Assembly: GCA_050299455.1 (NCBI GenBank)
Contig: JBNKVZ010000001.1
Location: forward strand, 28,035 to 92,034
Direction: 5' to 3'
DNA length: 64,000 nucleotides
Origin: Thalassospira sp.
GTDB lineage: Bacteria; Pseudomonadota; Alphaproteobacteria; Rhodospirillales; Thalassospiraceae
In this document: piece after piece, positions 1 through 9,298 of the stretch
Numbering within the stretch: position 1 is the stretch's first letter
Layout: the number at the start of each line of letters is the position of its first letter
Made by a program: the position numbers and the translations under genes
The notes under the pieces: generated by a model
Databases searched by the model: none
The model's input: only the letters and a program-made list of their open reading frames with translations
Told to the model about the DNA's origin: nothing

Positions 1-131
1 CCGGACATTTTGGTTTCAAAACAGCCTGGATCAACCGTGGTGCCCTGCCCGCGGACCCTCTGTCATACCAGGCGGATGTAACGTTAAACGGGCTTGACGG
101 CCTGTTACCCCTAACAGGCAAGGCGGCATGA
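1..131 (+). CDS. HAD-superfamily hydrolase (haloacid dehalogenase type II-like), 3' fragment; 5' end lies outside the window
   Basis: Frame starting at nt 3 reads GHFGFKTAWINRGALPADPLSYQADVTLNGLDGLLPLTGKAA and stops at TGA 129-131. The GFKTAWINR tail resembles HAD type II C termini. Only 42 codons are visible, so the family call is tentative. Confidence 0.4.
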   Translation, partial: GHFGFKTAWINRGALPADPLSYQADVTLNGLDGLLPLTGKAA

Positions 132-164
132 CGTCACATTACCAAATATCGATATAGTGCCCAT

Positions 165-204
165 AAAAACAGCCAGGTTGCACACATGCGACCTGGCTGT
201 TTTA
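165..204. terminator. Bidirectional intrinsic terminator between the convergent HAD fragment and the bactofilin gene
   Basis: AAAAA (165-169), then stem ACAGCCAGGT (169-178), a 12-nt loop, stem ACCTGGCTGT (191-200), then TTT. The A-run and T-run flank a perfect 10-bp stem. Confidence 0.7.
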
Positions 205-278
205 ACGATGTCTCTGTACCATATGGCTTCCACTTTATACCACGAACAGATATCGAAAAGTGTTGGAAAAATAGTGCC

Positions 279-728
279 TTACACTTCTTTTTTCACGTTT
301 GAAGCGACAATCTTGCCGGCTTGAATAACCGTCAAGCCGCCCTCTTCCACGTTTTCGATCCGCCGGCAGTGCCCTTCAAGATGTGCACCGGGTTCGATGG
401 ACAGGGTCTCATGCAGAATATCGCCAATCACCTTGGCGGATTCCGCCAACGAAACGTCTTTAGACCTGATCTGGCCGGTTATTTTTCCGCAAACCCGAAC
501 CTTGTCCGCAATGATTTCACCGCGCACTTCGCCATGTTGACCAATGGTCAGGTTACGTGTGCGGATATCTCCGTCGACAAATCCATCGACCTGTACATCA
601 GCCTCGGATACCAGATCTCCCGAAATCCGAAGATCGGAACTAATGACTGAGAGCCCCCCTGCCTTTGCAGAAGACGAAGAGGCATTTGTGTTATTTGTGC
701 TCGCTGTCTTGCTTGATTTTGAAAACAT
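279..728 (-). CDS. Bactofilin (DUF583 beta-helical cytoskeletal protein)
   Basis: 149 aa with an ATG start. It has a low-complexity Ser/Thr/Asn N terminus followed by bactofilin-type repeats (ISGDLVSEADVQVDGFVDGDIRTRNLTIGQHGEVRGEIIADKVRVCGKITGQIRSKDVSLAESAKVIGDI). The start lies 38 nt inside the 3' end of the upstream M23 peptidase gene. Confidence 0.85.
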   Translation of the reverse strand: MFSKSSKTASTNNTNASSSSAKAGGLSVISSDLRISGDLVSEADVQVDGFVDGDIRTRNLTIGQHGEVRGEIIADKVRVCGKITGQIRSKDVSLAESAKVIGDILHETLSIEPGAHLEGHCRRIENVEEGGLTVIQAGKIVASNVKKEV

Positions 729-2028
729 ACTGTCCCGCCTTTATGAACTTGATGGGATCTATCTGCTTACCGTGTAGCAGAACCTCATAATGAACATGAC
801 TTCCTGTACTTCGGCCCGTACTTCCCATCAGCGCTATTTCATCTTGATATTTAACTTTCTGGCCCTTCTTTACGAGGACCTTCAGGAGATGGCCGTAACG
901 GGTTTTGAGGCCATGTCCGTGGTCAATTTCGACCATTTTGCCATAGCCGCCCGCCCAGCCAGCACGCGTCACCACACCAGGTGCGGTAGAAAAAATAGGT
1001 GTTTTCATTGGTGCAGCCAAATCGGCTCCGGAATGAAAAGACCATTTGCCGTTAAAAGGATCCTTACGTTTGCCAAACTTGCTCGAAACGTAATAATTCT
1101 CCGTCGGCTCCCCCAAGGGTAAACGATTGATCACTTTCTGAAGATTTGCCAGTTGGTCCATCCGATTGCCAACCGCCAAAGCCGCATTCATAAATAACTC
1201 GTCTTCCGGCGTTTCCGGTTCAAACTGGATGAACGGCCCGCCGACACCAGCCTCAAGCACCCGTTTGACATCGCCCGTCAACGCATCACCGGTCAGTTCC
1301 TTGATCGGAACCCCGGTCATCTTCAAAACCGATTTCAAATCGGCAATAGATGACCCCGCATGTGCCGCAACCCGCTCAAGCGCCTGTTTTTGCACTGTAT
1401 GCAGATCCGTTATCCGTTGATGCGCCACGGCCAGTTCGCCCTGAAGGTCTTTCGAGCGTGAAATTGCCTGATCACGTTCCCGCATCACACGGGTCATAAC
1501 CATTTCAACGGTTTCCAGTTCATCGCGCAGCGCAATATTGCGATTGGTTAAACCGTCAATCTGCTGGCCAAGCGCATTCATCTGATTATCCATCGAAGAG
1601 CGTAGCGATGAAATACGCCCTTTTTCCTTCTCACTGTCAGCCAGTTTCAGACTAAAATCCTGAACACGCGCCTTTAATTTCAGGTTCTTTTCCGCCATGC
1701 TCAGCAAATTATGGTGCGTATCCTCCATCTGAGAGGTAATTTCGCTAAACTTCTTCTGGCTTTCGGCAACCCTGTTAACCAATTCGCTATAGGCCATTTC
1801 GCTGCGAAAAAGCTGTTCTTCGCGCATATCAAGCCGATGACTGAAATAGTAACCAACGCCCGTTGCCGAAACAGTCCACACAATTGCCGACGCACTAAGA
1901 AGACCAACAACCAATTGCCGACGACGTCCCAGCCGAACCTGCGTGACAGAATCATTAGAGCGAACAAGAATTTCTCTGTCCGGAAACCATTTTTCAATTA
2001 TAACTTTTAACCGTCCCACCACCGACAT
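691..2028 (-). CDS. Membrane-anchored coiled-coil M23/LytM metalloendopeptidase (LmdC-like)
   Basis: 445 aa with an ATG start. It has a short N-terminal tail, one TM segment (LVVGLLSASAIVWTVSATGVGYYF), about 200 aa of heptad-rich coiled coil, and a C-terminal M23 domain. The HxxxD (HSGAD) and HxH (HVHYE) metal ligands are intact. Confidence 0.85.
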   Translation of the reverse strand: MSVVGRLKVIIEKWFPDREILVRSNDSVTQVRLGRRRQLVVGLLSASAIVWTVSATGVGYYFSHRLDMREEQLFRSEMAYSELVNRVAESQKKFSEITSQMEDTHHNLLSMAEKNLKLKARVQDFSLKLADSEKEKGRISSLRSSMDNQMNALGQQIDGLTNRNIALRDELETVEMVMTRVMRERDQAISRSKDLQGELAVAHQRITDLHTVQKQALERVAAHAGSSIADLKSVLKMTGVPIKELTGDALTGDVKRVLEAGVGGPFIQFEPETPEDELFMNAALAVGNRMDQLANLQKVINRLPLGEPTENYYVSSKFGKRKDPFNGKWSFHSGADLAAPMKTPIFSTAPGVVTRAGWAGGYGKMVEIDHGHGLKTRYGHLLKVLVKKGQKVKYQDEIALMGSTGRSTGSHVHYEVLLHGKQIDPIKFIKAGQYVFKIKQDSEHK

Positions 2029-2254
2029 ATATCCGGATGCACCTTTATTTCTTTATGTCTCATTTTCAACATCAAAGCCGGAACCCCCCGATTGATGCTG
2101 ACGTTTATCCCAAGAACCAATAAAGTCACGCTACCTGCTCGACAGCAACGTGGCAAGCACGTTAACGCTTCTTTAACTCCAAAAAACCTCGCCTATCCGC
2201 CAATTGGCTATATAAGTCAAATAGTCATATCCATTAGCCATATGCGAAAGTGTT

Positions 2255-2746
2255 ATGCGTCTTAACCAAGTCATTATAACCGCGTCCGCCACCTGGTTTT
2301 ACAGTGGCAAGTTTCCCAAGGCCCCCGGCACAGCGGGTTCCCTTGCAGCTTTGCCGTTTGGCTGGCTGCTAATCGCAACAAGCGGCAACACAGGACTTCT
2401 GATCGCAACGGCCATTGTCTTTATTTATGGTGTTTTTGTTTCTGATTCCTATAGCAAAATGATCGGTATTCACGATCCTGGTGAAATTGTGATCGACGAG
2501 GTCGCCGGACAATGGCTGTGCCTGCTGCCGCTTCCCCTGTCCTTTGGCCTTATGGATATCGTCTGGGTGCTGCTGGCTTTCGTAGTATTTCGCTTCTTCG
2601 ATATTTTAAAACCCTGGCCCATTCGCTGGGTTGATCGTCGTGTGGGCGGCGGATTTGGCATTATGCTGGACGATATTTTTGCCGCGGCCTTTGGCATGGT
2701 CGTCCTTTTGGGTATTGTCCATCTCGCAGGAGGTTTTCTAAAATGA
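2255..2746 (+). CDS. pgpA: Phosphatidylglycerophosphatase A
   Basis: 163 aa. PgpA hallmarks are present: [52 protein letters not shown]. The stop overlaps the next start as ATGA. Confidence 0.85.
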   Translation: MRLNQVIITASATWFYSGKFPKAPGTAGSLAALPFGWLLIATSGNTGLLIATAIVFIYGVFVSDSYSKMIGIHDPGEIVIDEVAGQWLCLLPLPLSFGLMDIVWVLLAFVVFRFFDILKPWPIRWVDRRVGGGFGIMLDDIFAAAFGMVVLLGIVHLAGGFLK

Positions 2747-3267
2747 TCCCCGAGCCTGAAATACTTGATGCGGCGCGCGATATCCTTCACCTCTGCCGAC
2801 GGTACGGCGAAAAACTTGCAACAGCAGAAAGCTGCACCGGCGGTTTGATTGGCGGCTGCCTGACTGCAGTTGACGGCAGCTCCAGCGTTGTCGATGGCGG
2901 TTTCATCACCTATTCAAACGAGGCCAAAATGGCCATGCTTGGCGTTCCGGGTGATATGCTGGCCGAATTTGGAGCGGTATCAGAGCCCGTTGCCCGCGCC
3001 ATGGCCGAAGGTGCCCTACGCCACAGCCCGCTGGCCACCCTGACAGTCGCTGTTACCGGTATTGCAGGGCCAGGTGGCGGCAGTGACGAAAAACCGGTTG
3101 GGCTGGTTCATTTCGGCAGTGCGGCGTCTGATCGCCCTACCCTGCATCAATCGCACGTTTTTAGCGGTGATCGTCACGCCGTAAGACGACAAACGATCCT
3201 TACAGCGTTCGACATGATCCGGGAAATGCTGAAATCACACGGTACAGATCAAACGATACCGACCTGA
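2743..3267 (+). CDS. CinA C-terminal domain protein / nicotinamide-nucleotide amidase (PncC-like)
   Basis: 174 aa. Carries the motif [43 protein letters not shown] and [12 protein letters not shown], typical of the CinA/PncC domain. Confidence 0.85.
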   Translation: MIPEPEILDAARDILHLCRRYGEKLATAESCTGGLIGGCLTAVDGSSSVVDGGFITYSNEAKMAMLGVPGDMLAEFGAVSEPVARAMAEGALRHSPLATLTVAVTGIAGPGGGSDEKPVGLVHFGSAASDRPTLHQSHVFSGDRHAVRRQTILTAFDMIREMLKSHGTDQTIPT

Positions 3268-3313
3268 TTTTGACGCCCTTCTTCCCATAAAATTCGATCA
3301 CGGGCCTTAAAAA

Positions 3314-3775
3314 TTATGAAATGCGGGAAGATGCAATACCATTGTCGCCATAAATCTGACGGGCGCGGCTTTCAAAAGAACCGACCATTAATTTGACCGC
3401 TTCGTTAAAAACCATACCGATCATTTTCTGCAAAATGGCGGATTTGAATTCAAAATCCACGTAAAAATCCAGCAAAGTGCCGCCATCCTCGGATGGTGCA
3501 AATTCCCAATGATTATTAAGATATTTGAACGGCCCCTGAAGGTATTCAACATCGATCCGCTGAGGACGATCCAGCGTGACCTTCGATGTGTATTTCTCGC
3601 GGAACATCTTGAAACCGATCACAAGATCGGCGTGTAGTTCATTGCCGTCACGTCTACGCACCCGTGATGCGGCACACCAGGGCAGAAACTCAGAATAGGA
3701 ATCGATGTCAGCCACGAGATCGAATAACTGTTCCGGCGTATAGGGCAGCTTTCTGCGCTCCGCATGCGTCGGCAA
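3314..3775 (-). CDS. SRPBCC/START-fold protein (RatA / Coq10-like polyketide cyclase family)
   Basis: 153 aa. The first codon is TTG, preceded by AGGAG at a 7-nt spacing. The N terminus MPTHAERRKLPYTPEQLFDLVADIDSYSEFLPWC matches the family. Position next to lipA is usual in alphaproteobacteria. Confidence 0.8.
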   Translation of the reverse strand: MPTHAERRKLPYTPEQLFDLVADIDSYSEFLPWCAASRVRRRDGNELHADLVIGFKMFREKYTSKVTLDRPQRIDVEYLQGPFKYLNNHWEFAPSEDGGTLLDFYVDFEFKSAILQKMIGMVFNEAVKLMVGSFESRARQIYGDNGIASSRIS

Positions 3776-3825
3776 AGGAAACTCCTACGGGTGTGAACGG
3801 TAAAGTAATTGCAAATCGGCGCTGC

Positions 3826-4800
3826 TTATTCAGCAGCGCTCGGCTTTGCACTGGCGGCCAATTTCTTTTCACGCGCTGCGCGCATTTCCTCAAAATCACG
3901 ATCCGCATGATAGCTAGACCGCGTCAGCGGTGTTGAGGCAACCATCAAAAAGCCCTTGGCACGCGCCATCGAGGCATATTCCTTGAATTCATCAGGGGTG
4001 ACGAAACGGTCCACCGGTGCATGCTTCAGGGTCGGCTGCAAATATTGACCAATTGTCAAAAAATCGACATCGGCAACCCGCAGGTCATCCATCACCTGGC
4101 TAAGTTCGTGGCGCTGTTCCCCCAAACCGACCATCAGACCGGACTTGGTAAAGATCGTCGGATCAATCTGCTTGACCCGATCAAGGATCCGCAACGACTG
4201 ATAAAAACGGGCCCCCGGACGAATGGACGGATAAAGCCGCGGCACGGTTTCCAGATTGTGGTTAAACACATCGGGACGCGCCTTGGCGACAATTTCAACC
4301 GCCCCCGGTTTATCTCGGAAGTCCGGCGTCAGAATTTCAATCGTGGTTTCCGGCGATTTATGACGGATGGCTTCAATCACGCGGGCAAAATGGGTTGCCC
4401 CGCCATCGGCAAGATCATCACGGTCAACCGAGGTAATCACAACATGATTAAGGTCCATGTCGGCAACCGCCATTGCCAGATTTTCCGGCTCAAACGGGTC
4501 AAGCGCATTTGGCATGCCGGTCTTGACGTTACAAAACGCGCAAGCACGGGTGCAGGTGTCGCCCATGATCATGAAGGATGCGTGTTTTTTCTGCCAGCAT
4601 TCCCCGATATTCGGGCAGGCAGCCTCTTCGCAAACCGTATGCAGCTTCAGGCCACGCGCAAGATCACGCGTTTCCTGATACCCCTTCGAGGTGGGTGCCT
4701 TAACGCGAATCCATTCCGGCTTGCGGCCTGAAGGGCGATCCGGGTTCTTTTGCTTTTCAGGGTGCCGAACAGCTCGCACCTCGTTGCGCGTCGTGGACAT
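3826..4800 (-). CDS. lipA: Lipoyl synthase
   Basis: 324 aa. Contains the radical-SAM CxxxCxxC motif (CTRACAFC) and the auxiliary cluster motif [12 protein letters not shown]. Confidence 0.95.
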   Translation of the reverse strand: MSTTRNEVRAVRHPEKQKNPDRPSGRKPEWIRVKAPTSKGYQETRDLARGLKLHTVCEEAACPNIGECWQKKHASFMIMGDTCTRACAFCNVKTGMPNALDPFEPENLAMAVADMDLNHVVITSVDRDDLADGGATHFARVIEAIRHKSPETTIEILTPDFRDKPGAVEIVAKARPDVFNHNLETVPRLYPSIRPGARFYQSLRILDRVKQIDPTIFTKSGLMVGLGEQRHELSQVMDDLRVADVDFLTIGQYLQPTLKHAPVDRFVTPDEFKEYASMARAKGFLMVASTPLTRSSYHADRDFEEMRAAREKKLAASAKPSAAE

Positions 4801-4822
4801 TTAAACCTCCGAAGGGTGGAAC

Positions 4823-4841
4823 GGGCGGCAATGTGCCGCCC
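4823..4841 (-). other. GC-rich stem-loop in the lpdA-lipA spacer
   Basis: GGGCGGCA atg TGCCGCCC forms a perfect 8-bp stem just upstream of the lipA SD (GGAGG). No U-tract follows, so it is more likely a processing or stability element than a terminator. Confidence 0.4.
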
Positions 4842-4925
4842 TCCCGCCAAATTGTCAAACCGACATTCGACATAGCCGATACGACAGATCGTCACAGAGA
4901 CCTGCCGTATTGGCAATATAGTAGC

Positions 4926-6323
4926 TTAGAAGTGGATTGCACGGCCATAGGCATCAAGAACCGACTCATGCATCATTTCCGACAGGGTCGGATGCGGGAA
5001 GACGGTATGCATCAAGTCTTCCTCGGTCGTTTCAAGGCCCATTGCCACAACAAAGCCCTGGATCAGTTCGGTAACTTCCGTACCCACCATGTGCGCGCCA
5101 AGCAATTCACCAGTCTTGGCATCAAAAACGGTTTTGACCAGACCTTCTGCTTCGCCCAAGGCAACTGCCTTGCCATTGCCAATGAAGGGGAATTTACCAA
5201 CCTTGACGTCGTAACCGGCTTCCTTGGCTTTTGCCTCGGTCAGGCCGACACTGGCGACCTGCGGATGGCAATAGGTGCAACCCGGAATTTTGCGCGGATC
5301 AATCGGATGAACGCCTTTGACGCCAGCGATTTTTTCAACACAAATCACGCCTTCATGCTCGGCCTTATGGGCCAGCATCGGCGGACCGGCAACGTCACCA
5401 ATGGCATAAATGCCCGGTTCTGCCGTGCGGGAAAACTCGTCCGTGCCAATCACATTGCGATCAACCTTGACCTTGGTGGTATCAAGCCCAAGGTTTTCGG
5501 TATTTCCGATAACACCAACAGCAGAAATCACACGATCAACCGTCAATTCCTGCTTCTTGCCGTCTTTGGTTTCAATCGTGACAACGACATTGTCGGCATT
5601 GCGCTTCAGATTGGCGACCTTGGCTTCGGTCAGGATTTTCATCCCGTCCTTGGTCATCATCTTTTGCGCCAAACCGGCAATTTCCTTGTCTTCAACCGGC
5701 ATGATCTGCGGCATGATTTCCACCACAGTCACCTCGGCCCCCATCGTGTGATAGAAGCTGGCAAATTCAATGCCGATCGCACCAGAGCCGACAACAACCA
5801 GGCTTTTCGGCATTTTGTCGGGTGTCATCGCTTTTTTGTAGTCCCAGACAACCTTGCCATCAGCCTCCAGGCCCGGCAGTGCGCGCGCCCGGGCACCCGT
5901 CGCAATAATGTAGTGCTTTGCGGTGTAGGTGCCTTTGTCCTTGCCTTCGACATTGATCTTTTTCGGGCCATCGAACTTGGCTTCGCCATTAATGACGGTC
6001 ACTTTGTTCTTTTTCAACAAATGACCAACACCACCAGAAAGCTGCTTTGACACGCCGCGTGAACGCTGGATAACGGCATCAAAATCAAAGGAAGGTTTTT
6101 CGCAGGACAGACCATAGTTTTTGGCGTGCATCATATTGCGATAGACTTCAGCCGAGCGCAGCAGCGCCTTGGTCGGAATACAGCCCCAGTTCAGGCAGAT
6201 ACCACCAAGATGTTCGCGCTCAACGACAGCTGTTTTCAGGCCAAGCTGGGCGGCACGGATGGCCGTTACATAACCACCAGGGCCCGCGCCAATCACAATA
6301 AGGTCGAAATTATTATCCGCCAT
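4926..6323 (-). CDS. lpdA: Dihydrolipoyl dehydrogenase (E3)
   Basis: 465 aa from ATG 6323 (MADNNFDLIVIGAGPGGY). Contains the redox disulfide motif GGICLNWGCIPTK. The 15-codon 5' extension in the ORF track was rejected. Confidence 0.95.
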   Translation of the reverse strand: MADNNFDLIVIGAGPGGYVTAIRAAQLGLKTAVVEREHLGGICLNWGCIPTKALLRSAEVYRNMMHAKNYGLSCEKPSFDFDAVIQRSRGVSKQLSGGVGHLLKKNKVTVINGEAKFDGPKKINVEGKDKGTYTAKHYIIATGARARALPGLEADGKVVWDYKKAMTPDKMPKSLVVVGSGAIGIEFASFYHTMGAEVTVVEIMPQIMPVEDKEIAGLAQKMMTKDGMKILTEAKVANLKRNADNVVVTIETKDGKKQELTVDRVISAVGVIGNTENLGLDTTKVKVDRNVIGTDEFSRTAEPGIYAIGDVAGPPMLAHKAEHEGVICVEKIAGVKGVHPIDPRKIPGCTYCHPQVASVGLTEAKAKEAGYDVKVGKFPFIGNGKAVALGEAEGLVKTVFDAKTGELLGAHMVGTEVTELIQGFVVAMGLETTEEDLMHTVFPHPTLSEMMHESVLDAYGRAIHF

Positions 6324-6413
6324 TTTGCATCTCCTTAATCTGACTGATTTCGCAGACAGATATATCATTCAAAAGCTTACGGGGACTTTTTAAAGCCCCC
6401 GCTCAACCTGTCC

Positions 6414-7733
6414 TTAAAGCAGCATGCTTAACGGATCTTCGATCAGCTTCTTGAATTCGGCCATAAATTCGGCACCAACGGCACCATCAACCACACGATG
6501 GTCAACCGACAGCGTGCAGCTCATGACGGTGGCAATCGCAAGGGCGCCATCCTTAACGACCGGGCGCTGTTCACCGGCACCAACGGCCAGGATACAACCC
6601 TGCGGCGGGTTAATGATGGCCGCAAAGTCCTTGATGCCAAACATGCCAAGGTTGGAGACAGAGAACGTCCCGCCCTGGAATTCCTGGGGTTGCAGCTTGC
6701 CATCACGCGCCTTGGCCGCCAGGGCCTTCATCTCGGTCGAGATTTCGGCAAGTCCCTTGCCACCCGCATTGCGGATAACCGGCGTGATCAGGCCACCATC
6801 AATGGCAACAGCAACGGAAATGTCCTGTTGCTTGCACTGCAGGATGGCGGCATCGGTCCAGATGGCATTTGCAGCCGGAACACGCTTGAGCGCGATCGAG
6901 GATGCACGAATGACCATGTCATTAACTGACACCTTCACACCTTCAGTCGCTTTTTCATTCAGCTGCTTGCGCACGGAAAGAAGGTTGTCGATTTGACAAT
7001 CGATGGTCAGATAGAAATGCGGAACCTGCTGTTTGGATTCCGTCAGGCGACGGGCAATAACCTTGCGCATCGACGTATTCGGAATTTCCTCATATTCAGG
7101 CAGCCCGGTCAAATCCGGATTCCAGCCCGAAGCCGCCGGTGCTTTTGCAGCCGGTGCGTCCGCTTTCGCAGCAGCAGGCGCATCAGACTTGGCTTCAGAT
7201 TTGGCAGCGGATTTGTTGCTCAGGGCGGCTTCGATGTCACGTTTGACAATACGGCCACGCGGGCCTGAACCATCAACACCCGAAAGTTCCACCCCTTCCT
7301 GGGACGCGATACGGCGGGCAAGCGGGCTTGCCTTGATGCGTTCACCATCTTTGCCCGAAGCCGGTGCGCTGGAAGCTGCCGGAGCAACATCCTTGCTGTC
7401 GGATTTTTCTTCCTTCGGTGCCGATGCTGCCGCATCACCGCTCACATCAGCACCAGATGTATCTGCCCCTTCAAGGGCGGATTCATCTTCGTCTTCTTCC
7501 AAAAGCAATGCGATAACGGCATTCACGGCAACGCCCTCGGTGCCTTCCGACACGACGATTTTGCCAATTTTGCCTTCATCAACGGCTTCGACTTCCATCG
7601 TCGCCTTGTCGGTCTCGATTTCGGCGAGGACATCACCGGATTCAACCGTGTCCCCTTCCTTGACAAGCCATTTTGCCAAGGTGCCTTCTGTCATCGTCGG
7701 CGAAAGCGCCGGCATCAGAATTTTAACTGGCAT
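6414..7733 (-). CDS. pdhC: Pyruvate dehydrogenase E2, dihydrolipoyllysine-residue acetyltransferase
   Basis: 439 aa. It has an N-terminal lipoyl domain ([13 protein letters not shown]), an Ala/Pro linker, a subunit-binding domain (ASPLARRIA) and a catalytic domain with DHRVVDG. Confidence 0.95.
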   Translation of the reverse strand: MPVKILMPALSPTMTEGTLAKWLVKEGDTVESGDVLAEIETDKATMEVEAVDEGKIGKIVVSEGTEGVAVNAVIALLLEEDEDESALEGADTSGADVSGDAAASAPKEEKSDSKDVAPAASSAPASGKDGERIKASPLARRIASQEGVELSGVDGSGPRGRIVKRDIEAALSNKSAAKSEAKSDAPAAAKADAPAAKAPAASGWNPDLTGLPEYEEIPNTSMRKVIARRLTESKQQVPHFYLTIDCQIDNLLSVRKQLNEKATEGVKVSVNDMVIRASSIALKRVPAANAIWTDAAILQCKQQDISVAVAIDGGLITPVIRNAGGKGLAEISTEMKALAAKARDGKLQPQEFQGGTFSVSNLGMFGIKDFAAIINPPQGCILAVGAGEQRPVVKDGALAIATVMSCTLSVDHRVVDGAVGAEFMAEFKKLIEDPLSMLL

Positions 7734-7798
7734 TGATGCAATCTCCCGGGAACCGGGGTGGCAGCAGCGTCACTGCGCCAGCCCCTGTCCGTTTTTGT

Positions 7799-9241
7799 TT
7801 AACGATAGCAAACGGCCTTGGCCGCATCGACGATGTGCTGATCCTGCGGCAATGCCAGAACTTCCAGATTGGCCGCATAAGGCATCGGTACATCTTCGCC
7901 GGTTACACGGGCAACAGGTGCGTCGAGATAATCAAACGCGTGTTCCATGATCACCGATGCGATTTCTGCGCCGATACCGGCAAAGTGCCAGCCTTCTTCA
8001 CAGGTGACGATGCGGTTCGTCTTCATCACCGAGCGTACGATCGTATTAACGTCAAGCGGACGAATGGTCCGAAGGTTGATAACCTCCGCCGAGATCCCCT
8101 CTTCAGCCAGCTTTTCAGCTGCCTTCAGGGCCTTGCCCACCATAATCGAGAAAGCAACGATGGTGACATCCGTGCCTTCACGTTCGATCTTGGCCTGGCC
8201 AATCGGCAAGACGAAATCATCATCGTCCGGCACTTCAAAGCTTTGACCATACAGGATTTCGTTTTCCAGGAAGACAATCGGGTTCGGGTCACGAATGGCT
8301 GCTTTCAGCAGGCCTTTTGCGTCAGCCGCCGAATAAGGTGCAACCACCTTCAGCCCCGGGCAATGTGCATACCAGGACGCATAACATTGCGAGTGCTGTG
8401 CCCCGACGCGTGCCGCTGCCCCATTCGGGCCACGGAACACAATCGGGCAACCCAACTGACCACCCGACATATAAAGCGTCTTGGAAGCAGAGTTGATGAT
8501 GTGGTCAATGGCCTGCATGGCGAAGTTGAAAGTCATAAATTCAACAATCGGACGCAGCCCCATGAAGGCGGCACCCGTACCAAGACCGGTAAAGCCATAT
8601 TCGGTAATCGGGGTATCGACGACACGCTTGTCACCAAATTCATCGAGCAGGCCCTGCGTAACCTTATAGGCACCCTGGTACTGCGCAACTTCCTCACCCA
8701 TGACGAACACGTTTTCGTCGGTCCGCATTTCTTCGGCCATTGCATCGCGCAGGGCTTCACGAACGGTCTGGGTTTTGAATTTGCTGTAGGATTTTTCGTC
8801 GCGTGTTTCGTTCATCACGCTCATGGCACGCGGTTCGTTCTCGGCACGCTCGATTGCGCCCGATGCCTGAACCGGCGCTGCGGATGCGGAAGCAGAAGAG
8901 CTCTCGGAAGATTTTTCTTCCTTTTCTTCGCCGTCATCAGCCTTCGGTTCAGCCTTGGCCTCACCAGGATTGACGTTATCAAGCGCAGATGCGTCTTCGT
9001 CTTCTTCCAGGATATAAGCGATGACAGCATTCACAGCGACATTTTCAGTCCCGGCGTCAACAATCAGCTTGCCAATGGTGCCTTCATCGACGGCTTCAAC
9101 TTCCATTGTCGCCTTGTCGGTTTCAATTTCGGCAAGAACGTCACCAGATTGGACGGTATCGCCCTCTTTGACATTCCATTTGGCAAGTTTGCCTTCGGTC
9201 ATTGTCGGCGACAATGCAGGCATTAAAACTTCAATCGGCAT
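7799..9241 (-). CDS. pdhB: Pyruvate dehydrogenase E1 beta subunit with N-terminal lipoyl domain
   Basis: 480 aa. The first ~80 aa form a lipoyl domain ([13 protein letters not shown]). An acidic/Ser linker follows, then a canonical transketolase-like E1 beta ([21 protein letters not shown]). Confidence 0.95.
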   Translation of the reverse strand: MPIEVLMPALSPTMTEGKLAKWNVKEGDTVQSGDVLAEIETDKATMEVEAVDEGTIGKLIVDAGTENVAVNAVIAYILEEDEDASALDNVNPGEAKAEPKADDGEEKEEKSSESSSASASAAPVQASGAIERAENEPRAMSVMNETRDEKSYSKFKTQTVREALRDAMAEEMRTDENVFVMGEEVAQYQGAYKVTQGLLDEFGDKRVVDTPITEYGFTGLGTGAAFMGLRPIVEFMTFNFAMQAIDHIINSASKTLYMSGGQLGCPIVFRGPNGAAARVGAQHSQCYASWYAHCPGLKVVAPYSAADAKGLLKAAIRDPNPIVFLENEILYGQSFEVPDDDDFVLPIGQAKIEREGTDVTIVAFSIMVGKALKAAEKLAEEGISAEVINLRTIRPLDVNTIVRSVMKTNRIVTCEEGWHFAGIGAEIASVIMEHAFDYLDAPVARVTGEDVPMPYAANLEVLALPQDQHIVDAAKAVCYR

Positions 9242-9298
9242 GGTTCCCCCTCTTTGCGGGAAAATTTCTGGTCAAAAGCGGATTTTGCAAAGTCAGGG

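Noticed and set aside
4823-4841. Possible REP-like repeat family: hairpins at 4823, 13085, 15711 and 45823 all use a GGCGGCA/TGCCGCC-type stem
   Set aside because: Only the 7-8 bp GC-rich stem cores resemble each other. Loops, flanks and arm order differ, and three of the four are positioned as ordinary terminators with U-tracts. There is not enough shared sequence to call a dispersed repeat element.
4833-6050. 405-codon plus-strand ORF antisense to lpdA
   Set aside because: It lies entirely inside the well-supported minus-strand lpdA. The translation is low-complexity (rich in R, G, N, F, H) with no recognisable domain and no SD. This is a typical shadow ORF on the opposite strand of a codon-biased gene.
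7733-9226. 497-codon plus-strand ORF antisense to pdhB (similar ones lie antisense to pdhC at 7033-7950)
   Set aside because: It fully overlaps canonical PDH genes and has an Arg/Cys/His-rich nonsense-like translation. This is a shadow ORF.
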